From Auanema rhodensis (Eukaryota > Animalia > Nematoda): a stretch of DNA of 64,000 nucleotides. The notes beneath the pieces are model-generated. The model saw only the letters and a list, made by a program, of their open reading frames with translations. It did not search any database and had not been told where the DNA came from. The stretch is taken from NCBI GenBank assembly GCA_964057225.1, contig OZ059897.1, positions 2,852,001-2,916,000 of the forward strand, in the 5' to 3' direction. Below, piece after piece: positions 1-12,300 of this stretch; positions within the stretch are counted from its first letter, which is position 1, and each line of letters opens with the position of its first letter. Position numbers and translations under genes: made by a program.

Positions 1-198
1 CTTAAAAATGCACCGAGATATCAACTGATATATGTTCACACTTATATCCTCAATTTTCACCCTGAAGAAATGATTTTTTCGTTGAATAACATTGTCCATC
101 GTCTTCGTCTTGAAAAAAGAAAACTAAAAACATCTACTTTTTGTGAAATTATTTAGAAATTTTTCGGGAAAATTTTTGTCAAAATGTTTTTGGAAGCA

Positions 199-226
199 AT
201 GTTGAGTGTACATGGAAACTCAACAT
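199..226. other. Perfect 9-bp inverted repeat with a 10-nt spacer in the monomer (example copy)
   Basis: ATGTTGAGT (199-207) and ACTCAACAT (218-226). Confidence 0.85.
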
Positions 227-660
227 ACACTAATGCATTATTTTTCAAACGATCATAACTAATTTTTGTATAGAGCGTTTCTCAATGTCGTATAGTGCAT
301 TCGATGCGAATTTTTAAGCTGCGTTGATCTGTGTTATCTGATTTGAGTTAACTTAAAAATGCACCGAGATATCAACTGATATATGTTCACACTTATATCC
401 TCGATTTTCACCCTGAAGAAATGATTTTTTCGTTGAAAAACATTGTCCATCGTATTCGTCTTGAAAAAAGGAATCTAAAAACATCTACTTTTTGTGAAAT
501 TATTTAGAAATTTTTCGGGAAAATTTTTGTCAAAATGTTTTTGGAAGCAATGTTGAGTGTACATGGGAACTCAACATACACTAATGCATTATTTTTCAAA
601 CGATCATAACTAATTTTTGTATAGAGCGTTTCTCATTGTAGTATAGTGCATTCGATGCGG

Positions 661-711
661 ATTTTTAAGCTGCGTTGATCTGTGTTATCAGATTTGAGTT
701 AGCTTAAAAAT
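661..711. other. Imperfect 51-bp inverted repeat spanning monomer junctions (example copy)
   Basis: ATTTTTAAGCT (661-671) and AGCTTAAAAAT (701-711) are perfect 11-bp reverse complements. Inside them lie ATCTG (678-682) and CAGAT (689-693). Confidence 0.85.
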
Positions 712-3700
712 GCACCGAGATATCAACTGATATATGTTCACACTTATATCCTCAATTTTCACCCTGAAGAATTAAATTTTTCGTTGAATAACATTGTCCA
801 TCGTCTTTGCCTTAAAAAAAGAAATCTAAAAACTCCTACTTTTTGTGAAATTATTTAGAAATTTTTCGGGAAAATTTTTGTCACAATGTTTTTGGAAGCA
901 ATGTTGAGTGTACATGGGAACTCAGCATACACTAATGCATTATTTTTCAAACGATCATAACTAATTTTTGTATAGAGCGTTTCTCAATGTAGTATAGTGC
1001 ATTCGATGCGGATTTTTAAGCTGCGTTGATCTGTGTTATCAGATTTGAGTTAGCTTAAAAATGCACCGAGATATCAACTGATATATGTTCACACTTATAT
1101 CCTCAATTTTCACCCTGAAGAAATGATTTTTTCGTTGAATAACATTGTCCATCGTCTTCGTCTTGAAAAAAGGAAACTAAAAACATCTACTTTTTGTGAA
1201 ATTATTTAGAAATTTTTCGGGAAAATTTTTGTCAAAATGTTTTTGGAAGCAATGTTGAGTGTACATGAAAACTCAACATACACTAATGCATTATTTTTCA
1301 AACGATCATAACTAATTTTTGTATAGAGCGTTTCTCAATGTCGTATAGTGCATTCGATGCGAATTTTTAAGCTGCGTTGATCTGTGTTATCTGATTTGAG
1401 TTAACTTAAAAATGCACCGAGATATCAACTGATATATGTTCACACTTATATCCTCGATTTTCACCCTGAAGAAATGATTTTTTCGTTGAAAAACATTGTC
1501 CATCGTATTCGTCTTGAAAAAAGGAATCTAAAAACATCTACTTTTTGTGAAATTATTTAGAAATTTTTCGGGAAAATTTTGTCAAAATGTTTTTGGAAGC
1601 AATGTTGAGTGTACATGGGAACTCAACATACACTAATGCATTATTTTTCAAACGATCATAACTAATTTTTGTATAGAGCGTTTCTCATTGTAGTATAGTG
1701 CATTCGATGCGGATTTTTAAGCTGCGTTGATCTGTGTTATCAGATTTGAGTTAGCTTAAAAATGCACCGAGATATCAACTGATATAGGTTCACACTTGTA
1801 TCCTCGATTTTCACCCTGAAGAAATGATTTTTTCGTTGAAAAACATTGTCCATCGTATTTGTCTTGAAAAAAGGAATCTAAAAACATCTACTTTTTGTGA
1901 AATTATTTAGAAATTTTTCGGGAAAATTTTTGTCAAAATGTTTTTGGAAGCAATGTTGAATGTACATGGGAACTCAACATACACTAATGCATTATTTTTC
2001 AAACGATCATAACTAATTTTTGTATAGAGCGTTTCTCAATGTAGTATAGTGCATTCGATGCGGATTTTTAAGCTGCGTTGATCTGTGTTATCAGATTTGA
2101 GTTAACTTAAAAATGCACCGAGATATCAACTGATATAGGTTCACACTTATATCCTCGATTTTCACCCTGAAGAAATGATTTTTTCGTTGAATAACATTGT
2201 CCATCGTCTTTGCCTTAAAAAAAGAAATCTAAAAACTCCTACTTTTTGTGAAATTATTTAGAAATTTTTCGGGAAAATTTTTGTCACAATGTTTTTGGAA
2301 GCAATGTTGAGTGTACATGGGAACTCAGCATACACTAATGCATTATTTTTCAAACGATCATAACTAATTTTTGTATAGAGCGTTTCTCAATGTAGTATAG
2401 TGCATTCGATGCGGATTTTTAAGCTGCGTTGATCTGTCTTATCAGATTTGAGTTAGCTTAAAAATGCACCGAGATATCAACTGATATATGTTCACACTTA
2501 TATCCTCGATTTTCACCCTGAAGAAATGATTTTTTCGTTGAATAACATTGTCCATCGTCTTCGTCTTGAAAAAAGGAATCTAAAAACATCTACTTTTTGT
2601 GAAATTATTTAGAAATTTTTCGGGAAAATTTTTGTTAAAATGTTTTTGGAAGCAATGTTGAGTGTACATGGGAACTCAACATACACTAATGCATTATTTT
2701 TCAAACGATCATAACTAATTTTTGTATAGAGCGTTTCTCATTGTAGTATAGTGCATTCGATGCGGATTTTTAAGCTGCGTTGATCTGTGTTATCAGATTT
2801 GAGTTAGCTTAAAAATGCACCGAGATATCAACTGATATATGTTCACACTTATATCCTCAATTTTCACCCTGAAGAAATGATTTTTTCGTTGAATAACATT
2901 GTCCATCGTCTTCGTCTTGAAAAAAGGAAACTAAAAACATCTACTTTTTGTGAAATTATTTAGAAATTTTTCGGGAAAATTTTTGTCAAAATGTTTTTGG
3001 AAGCAATGTTGAGTGTACATGGAAACTCAACATACACTAATGCATTATTTTTCAAACGATCATAACTAATTTTTGTATAGAGCGTTTCTCAATGTCGTAT
3101 AGTGCATTCGATGCGAATTTTTAAGCTGCGTTGATCTGTGTTATCTGATTTGAGTTAACTTAAAAATGCACCGAGATATCAACTGATATATGTTCACACT
3201 TATATCCTCGATTTTCACCCTGAAGAAATGATTTTTTCGTTGAAAAACATTGTCCATCGTATTCGTCTTGAAAAAAGGAATCTAAAAACATCTACTTTTT
3301 GTGAAATTATTTAGAAATTTTTCGGGAAAATTTTTGTCAAAATGTTTTTGGAAGCAATGTTGAGTGTACATGGGAACTCAACATACACTAATGCATTATT
3401 TTTCAAACGATCATAACTAATTTTTGTATAGAGCGTTTTTCATTGTAGTATAGTGCATTCGATGCGGATTTTTAAGCTGCGTTGATCTGTGTTATCAGAT
3501 TTGAGTTAGCTTAAAAATGCACCGAGTAATCAACTGATATAGGTTCACACTTATATCCTCGATTTTCACCCTGAAGAATTAAATTTTTCGTTGAATAACA
3601 TTGTCCATCGTCTTTGCCTTAAAAAAAAAAATCTAAAAACTCCTACTTTTTGTGAAATTATTTAGAAATTTTTCGGGAAAATTTTTGTCACAATGTTTTT

Positions 3701-6316
3701 GGAAGCAATGTTGAGTGTACATGGGAACTCAGCATACACTAATGCATTATTTTTCAAACGATCATAACTAATTTTTGTATAGAGCGTTTCTCAATGTAGT
3801 ATAGTGCATTCGATGCGGATTTTTAAGCTGCGTTGATCTGTGTTATCAGATTTGAGTTAGCTTAAAAATGCACCGAGATATCAACTGATATATGTTCACA
3901 CTTATATCCTCAATTTTCACCCTGAAGAAATGATTTTTTCGTTGAATAACATTGTCCATCGTCTTTGTCTTGAAAAAAGGAAACTAAAAACATCTACTTT
4001 TTGTGAAATTATTTAGAAATTTTTCGGGAAAATTTTTGTCAAAATGTTTTTGGAAGCAATGTTGAGTGTACATGAAAACTCAACATACACTAATGCATTA
4101 TTTTTCAAACGATCATAACTAATTTTTGTATAGAGCGTTTCTCAATGTCGTATAGTGCATTCGATGCGAATTTTTAAGCTGCGTTGATCTGTGTTATCTG
4201 ATTTGAGTTAACTTAAAAATGCACCGAGATATCAACTGATATATGTTCACACTTATATCCTCGATTTTCACCCTGAAGAAATGATTTTTTCGTTGAAAAA
4301 CATTGTCCATCGTATTCGTCTTGAAAAAAGGAATCTAAAAACATCTACTTTTTGTGAAATTATTTAGAAATTTTTCGGGAAAATTTTGTCAAAATGTTTT
4401 TGGAAGCAATGTTGAGTGTACATGGGAACTCAACATACACTAATGCATTATTTTTCAAACGATCATAACTAATTTTTGTATAGAGCGTTTCTCATTGTAG
4501 TATAGTGCATTCGATGCGGATTTTTAAGCTGCGTTGATCTGTGTTATCAGATTTGAGTTAGCTTAAAAATGCACCGAGATATCAACTGATATAGGTTCAC
4601 ACTTGTATCCTCGATTTTCACCCTGAAGAAATGATTTTTTCGTTGAAAAACATTGTCCATCGTATTTGTCTTGAAAAAAGGAATCTAAAAACATCTACTT
4701 TTTGTGAAATTATTTAGAAATTTTTCGGGAAAATTTTTGTCAAAATGTTTTTGGAAGCAATGTTGAGTGTACATGGGAACTCAACATACACTAATGCATT
4801 ATTTTTCAAACGATCATAACTAATTTTTGTATAGAGCGTTTCTCAATGTAGTATAGTGCATTCGATGCGGATTTTTAAGCTGCGTTGATCTGTGTTATCA
4901 GATTTGAGTTAACTTAAAAATGCACCGAGATATCAACTGATATAGGTTCACACTTATATCCTCGATTTTCACCCTGAAGAAATGATTTTTTCGTTGAATA
5001 ACATTGTCCATCGTCTTTGCCTTAAAAAAAGAAATCTAAAAACTCCTACTTTTTGTGAAATTATTTAGAAATTTTTCGGGAAAATTTTTGTCACAATGTT
5101 TTTGGAAGCAATGTTGAGTGTACATGGGAACTCAGCATACACTAATGCATTATTTTTCAAACGATCATAACTAATTTTTGTATAGAGCGTTTCTCAATGT
5201 AGTATAGTGCATTCGATGCGGATTTTTAAGCTGCGTTGATCTGTGTTATCAGATTTGAGTTAACTTAAAAATGCACCGAGATATCAACTGATATAGGTTC
5301 ACACTTATATCCTCGATTTTCACCCTGAAGAAATGATTTTTTCGTTAAAAAATATTGTCCATCGTATTCGTCTTGAAAAAAGGAATCTAAAAACATCTAC
5401 TTTTTGTGAAATTATTCAGAAATTTTTCGGGAAAATTTTTGTCAAAATGTTTTTGGAAGCAATGTTGAGTGTACATGGGAACTCAACATACACTAATGCA
5501 TTATTTTTCAAACGATCATAACTAATTTTTGTATAGAGCGTTTCTCATTGTAGTATAGTGCATTCGATGCGGATTTTTAAGCTGCGTTGTACTGTGTTAT
5601 CAGATTTGAGTTAACTTAAAAATGCACCGAGATATCAACTGATATATGTTCACACTTATATCCTCGATTTTCACCCTGAAGAAATGATTTTTTCGTTGAA
5701 AAACATTGTCCATCGTATTCGTCTTGAAAAAAGGAATCTAAAAACATCTACTTTTTGTGAAATTATTTAGAAATTTTTCGGGAAAATTTTTGTTAAAATG
5801 TTTTTGGAAGCAATGTTGAGTGTACATGGGAACTCAACATACACTAATGCATTATTTTTCAAACGATCATAACTAATTTTTGTATAGAGCGTTTCTCATT
5901 GTAGTATAGTGCATTCGATGCGGATTTTTAAGCTGCGTTGATCTGTGTTATCAGATTTGAGTTAACTTAAAAATGCACCGAGATATCAACTGATATAGGT
6001 TCACACTTATATCCTCGATTTTCACCCTGAAGAAATGATTTTTTCGTTAAAAAACATTGTCCATCGTATTCGTCTTGAAAAAAGGAATCTAAAAACATCT
6101 ACGTTTTGTGAAATTATTTAGAAATTTTTTGGGAAAATTTTTGTCAAAATGTTTTTGGAAGCAATGTTGAGTGTACATGGGAACTCAACATACACTAATG
6201 CATTATTTTTCAAACGTTCATAACTAATTTTTGTATAGAGCGTTTCTCAATGTAGTATAGTGCATTCGATGCGGATTTTTAAGCTGCGTTGATCTGTGTT
6301 ATCAGATTTGAGTTAA

Positions 6317-9300
6317 CTTAAAAATGCACCGAGATATCAACTGATATATGTTCACACTTATATCCTCGATTTTCACCCTGAAGAAATGATTTTTTCGTTG
6401 AAAAACATTGTCCATCGTATTCGTCTTGAAAAAAGGAATCTTAAAACATCTACTTTTTGTGAAATTATTTAGAAATTTTTCGGGAAAATTTTTGTCAAAA
6501 TGTTTTTGGAAGCAATGTTGAGTGTACATGGGAACTCAACATACACTAATGCATTATTTTTCAAACGATCATAACTAATTTCTGTATGGAGCGTTTCTCA
6601 ATGTAGTATAGTGCATTCGATGCGGATTTTTAAGCTGCGTTGATCTGTCTTATCAGATTTGAGTTAGCTTAAAAATGCACCGAGATATCAACTGATATAT
6701 GTTCACACTTATATCCTCGATTTTCACCCTGAAGAAATGATTTTTTCGTTGAATAACATTGTCCATCGTCTTCGTCTTGAAAAAAGGAATCTAAAAACAT
6801 CTACTTTTTGTGAAATTATTTAGAAATTTTTCGGGAAAATTTTTGTCAAAATGTTTTTAGAAGCAATGTTGAGTGTACATGGGAGCTCAACATACACTAA
6901 TGCATTATTTTTCAAACGATCATAACTAATTTTTGTATAGAGCGTTTCTTAATGTAGTATAGTGCATTCGATGCGGATTTTTAAGCTGCGTCGATCTGTG
7001 ATATCAGATTTGAGTTAACTTAAAAATGCACCGAGATATCAACTGATATATGTTCTCACTTATAGCCTCGATTTTCACCCTGAAGAAATGATTTTTTCGT
7101 TGAATAACATTGTCCATCGTCTTTGTCTTGAAAAAAGAAATCTAAAAACATCTACTTTTTGTGAAATTATTTAGAAATTTTTCGGGAAACTTTTTGTCAA
7201 AATGTTTTTGGAAGCAATGTTGAGTGTACATGGGAATTCAACATACACTAATGCATTATTTTTCAAACGATCATAACTAATTTTTGTATAGAGCGTTTCT
7301 TAATGTAGTATAGTGCATTCGATGCGGATTTTTAAGCTGCGTCGATCTGTGATATCAGATTTGAGTTAACTTAAAAATGCACCGAGATATCAACTGATAT
7401 ATGTTCTCACTTATATCCTCGATTTTCACCCTGAAGAAATGATTTTTTCGTTGAATAACATTGTCCATCGTCTTTGTCTTGAAAAAAGAAATCTAAAAAC
7501 ATCTACTTTTTGTGAAATTATTTAGAAATTTTTCGGGAAACTTTTTGTCAAAATGTTTTTGGAAGCAATGTTGAGTGTACATGGGAACTCAACATACACT
7601 AATGCATTATTTTTCAAACGATCATAACTAATTTTTGTATAGAGCGTTTCTCAATGTAGTATAGTGCATTCGATGCGGATTTTTAAGCTGCGTTGATCTG
7701 TGTTATCAGATTTGAATTAACTTAAAAATGCACCGAGATATCAACTGATATATGTTCACACTTATATCCTCGATTTTCACCCTGAAGAAATGATTTTTTC
7801 GTTGAAAAACATTGTCCATCGTATTCGTCTTGAAAAAAGGAATCTTAAAACATCTACTTTTTGTGAAATTATTTAGAAATTTTTCGGGAAAATTTTTATC
7901 AAAATGTTTTTGGAAGCAATGTTGAGTGTACATGGGAACTCAACATACACTAATGCATTATTTTTCAAACGATCATAACTAATTTTTGTATGGAGCGTTT
8001 CTCAATGTAGTATAGTGCATTCGATGCGGATTTTTAAGCTGCGTTGATCTGTCTTATCAGATTTGAGTTAGCTTAAAAATGCACCGAGATATCAACTGAT
8101 ATATGTTCACACTTATATCCTCGATTTTCACCCTGAAGAAATGATTTTTTCGTTGAATAACATTGTCCATCGTCTTTGTCTTGAAAAAAGAAATCTAAAA
8201 ACATCTACTTTTTGTGAAATTATTCAGAAATTTTTCGGGAAAATTTTTGTCAAAATGTTTTTGGAAGCAATGTTGAGTGTACATGGGAACTCAACATACA
8301 CTAATGCATTATTTTTCAAACGATCATAACTAATTTTTGTATAGAGCGTTTCTTAATGTAGTATAGTGCATTCGATGCGGATTTTTAAGCTGCGTCGATC
8401 TGTGATATCAGATTTGAGTTAACTTAAAAATGCACCGAGATATCAACTGATATATGTTCTCACTTATATCCTCGATTTTCACCCTGAAGAAATGATTTTT
8501 TCGTTGAATAACATTGTCCATCGTCTTTGTCTTGAAAAAAGAAATCTAAAAACATCTACTTTTTGTGAAATTATTTAGAAATTTTTCGGGAAACTTTTTG
8601 TCAAAATGTTTTTGGAAGCAATGTTGAGTGTACATGGGAACTCAACATACACTAATGCATTATTTTTCAAACGATCATAACTAATTTTTGTATAGAGCGT
8701 TTCTTAATGTAGTATAGTGCATTCGATGCGGATTTTTAAGCTGCGTTGATCTGTGTTATCAGATTTGCGCTAGCTTAAAAATGCTCCGAGATATCAACTT
8801 ATATAAGTTCACACTTATATCCTCGATTTTCACCCTGAAGAATTAATTTTTTCGTTGAATAACATTGTCCATCGTCTTTGCCTTGAAAAAAGAAATATAA
8901 AAACTCCTACTTTTTGTGAAATTATTTAGAAATTTTTCGGGAAAATTTTTGTCAAAATGTTTTTGGAAGCAATGTTGAGTGTACATGGGAACTCAACATA
9001 CACTAATGCATTATTTTTCAAACGATCATAACTAATTTTTGTATAGAGCGTTTCTTAATGTAGTATAGTGCATTCGATGCGGATTTTTAAGCTGCGTCGA
9101 TCTGTGATATCAGATTTGAGTTAACTTAAAAATGCACCGAGATATCAACTGATATATGTTCACACTTATATCCTCGATTTTCACCCTGAAGAAATGATTT
9201 TTTCGTTGAAAAACATTGTCCATCGTATTCGTCTTGAAAAAAGGAATCTTAAAACATCTACTTTTTGTGAAATTATTTAGAAATTTTTCGGGAAAATTTT

Positions 9301-12300
9301 TATCAAAATGTTTTTGGAAGCAATGTTGAGTGTACATGGGAACTCAACATACACTAATGCATTATTTTTCAAACGATCATAACTAATTTTTGTATGGAGC
9401 GTTTCTCAATGTAGTATAGTGCATTCGATGCGGATTTTTAAGCTGCGTTGATCTGTCTTATCAGATTTGAGTTAGCTTAAAAATGCACCGAGATATCAAC
9501 TGATATATGTTCACACTTATATCCTCGATTTTCACCCTGAAGAAATGATTTTTTCGTTGAATAACATTGTCCATCGTCTTCGTCTTGAAAAAAGAAATCT
9601 AAAAACATCTACTTTTTGTGAAATTATTTAGAAATTTTTCGGGAAACTTTTTGTCAAAATGTTTTTGGAAGCAATGTTGAGTGTACATGGGAATTCAACA
9701 TACACTAATGCATTATTTTTCAAACGATCATAACTAATTTTTGTATAGAGCGTTTCTTAATGTAGTATAGTGCATTCGATGCGGATTTTTAAGCTGCGTC
9801 GATCTGTGATATCAGATTTGAGTTAACTTAAAAATGCACCGAGATATCAACTGATATATGTTCTCACTTATATCCTCGATTTTCACCCTGAAGAAATGAT
9901 TTTTTCGTTGAATAACATTGTCCATCGTCTTTGTCTTGAAAAAAGAAATCTAAAAACATCTACTTTTTGTGAAATTATTTAGAAATTTTTCGGGAAACTT
10001 TTTGTCAAAATGTTTTTGGAAGCAATGTTGAGTGTACATGGGAACTCAACATACACTAATGCATTATTTTTCAAACGATCATAACTAATTTTTGTATAGA
10101 GCGTTTCTTAATGTAGTATAGTGCATTCGATGCGGATTTTTAAGCTGCGTTGATCTGTGTTATCAGATTTGCGCTAGCTTAAAAATGCTCCGAGATATCA
10201 ACTTATATAAGTTCACACATATATCCTCGATTTTCACCCTGAAGAATTAATTTTTTCGTTGAATAACATTGTCCATCGTCTTTGCCTTGAAAAAAGAAAT
10301 ATAAAAACTCCTACTTTTTGTGAAATTATTTAGAAATTTTTCGGGAAAATTTTTGTCAAAATGTTTTTGGAAGCAATGTTGAGTGTACATGGGAACTCAA
10401 CATACACTAATGCATTATTTTTCAAACGATCATAACTAATTTTTGTATAGAGCGTTTCTTAATGTAGTATAGTGCATTCGATGCGGATTTTTAAGCTGCG
10501 TCGATCTGTGATATCAGATTTGAGTTAACTTAAAAATGCACCGAGATATCAACTGATATATGTTCTCACTTATATCCTCGATTTTCACCCTGAAGAAATG
10601 ATTTTTTCGTTGAATAACATTGTCCATCGTCTTTGTCTTGAAAAAAGAAATCTAAAAACATCTACTTTTTGTGAAATTATTTAGAAATTTTTCGGGGAAC
10701 TTTTTGTCAAAATGTTTTTGGAAGCAATGTTGAGTGTACATGGGAACTCAACATACACTAATGCATTGTTTTTCAAACGATCATAACTAATTTTTGTATA
10801 GAGCGTTTCTCAATGTAGTATAGTGCATTCGATGCGGATTTTTAAGCTGCGTTGATCTGTGTTATCAGATTTGAGTTAACTTAAAAATGCACCGAGATAT
10901 CAACTGATATATGTTCACACTTATATCCTCGATTTTCACCCTGAAGAAATGATTTTTTCGTTGAAAAACATTGTCCATCGTATTCGTCTTGAAAAAAGGA
11001 ATCTTAAAACATCTACTTTTTGTGAAATTATTTAGAAATTTTTCGGGAAAATTTTTATCAAAATGTTTTTGGAAGCAATGTTGAGTGTACATGGGAACTC
11101 AACATACACTAATGCATTATTTTTCAAACGATCATAACTAATTTTTGTATGGAGCGTTTCTCAATGTAGTATAGTGCATTCGATGCGGATTTTTAAGCTG
11201 CGTTGATCTGTCTTATCAGATTTGAGTTAGCTTAAAAATGCACCGAGATATCAACTGATATATGTTCACACTTATATCCTCGATTTTCACCCTGAAGAAA
11301 TGATTTTTTCGTTGAATAACATTGTCCATCGTCTTCGTCTTGAAAAAAGAAATCTAAAAACATCTACTTTTTGTGAAATTATTTAGAAATTTTTCGGGAA
11401 ACTTTTTGTCAAAATGTTTTTGGAAGCAATGTTGAGTGTACATGGGAATTCAACATACACTAATGCATTATTTTTCAAACGATCATAACTAATTTTTGTA
11501 TAGAGCGTTTCTTAATGTAGTATAGTGCATTCGATGCGGATTTTTAAGCTGCGTCGATCTGTGATATCAGATTTGAGTTAACTTAAAAATGCACCGAGAT
11601 ATCAACTGATATATGTTCTCACTTATATCCTCGATTTTCACCCTGAAGAAATGATTTTTTCGTTGAATAACATTGTCCATCGTCTTTGTCTTGAAAAAAG
11701 AAATCTAAAAACATCTACTTTTTGTGAAATTGTTTAGAAATTTTTCGGGAAACTTTTTGTCAAAATGTTTTTGGAAGCAATGTTGAGTGTACATGGGAAC
11801 TCAACATACACTAATGCATTATTTTTCAAACGATCATAACTAATTTTTGTATAGAGCGTTTCTCAATGTAGTATAGTGCATTCGATGCGGATTTTTAAGC
11901 TGCGTTGATCTGTGTTATCAGATTTGAATTAACTTAAAAATGCACCGAGATATCAACTGATATATGTTCACACTTATATCCTCGATTTTCACCCTGAAGA
12001 AATGATTTTTTCGTTGAAAAACATTGTCCATCGTATTCGTCTTGAAAAAAGGAATCTTAAAACATCTACTTTTTGTGAAATTATTTAGAAATTTTTCGGG
12101 AAAATTTTTGTCAAAATGTTTTTGGAAGCAATGTTGAGTGTACATGGGAACTCAACATACACTAATGCATTATTTTTCAAACGATCATAACTAATTTTTG
12201 TATGGAGCGTTTCTCAATGTAGTATAGTGCATTCGATGCGGATTTTTAAGCTGCGTTGATCTGTCTTATCAGATTTGAGTTAGCTTAAAAATGCACCGAG

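Larger units (their letters stand above)
1..5263. repeat. 8-monomer higher-order repeat (2807 bp), about 1.9 copies, containing an internal 3-mer (1053 bp) duplication
   Basis: Private variants recur at +2807: CATGGAAACT 211/3018, CATGAAAACT 1264/4071, and a 1-bp T deletion (GGAAAATTTTGTC) at about 1571/4378. AATGTCGTATAG and GATGCGAA recur at +1053 within the unit. Confidence 0.9.

Noticed and set aside
77-93. CENP-B-box-like TTTCGTTGAA
   Set aside because: It matches only the TTCG....A part of NTTCGNNNNANNCGGGN. The required CGGG is absent at the right spacing (the nearest is at monomer position 165).
1-351. 5S rRNA, tRNA, snRNA or spliced-leader tandem gene unit
   Set aside because: I recognise no 5S or tRNA conserved motifs, cloverleaf, or known leader sequence. 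A covariance-model search (Rfam/Infernal) would be the decisive test.
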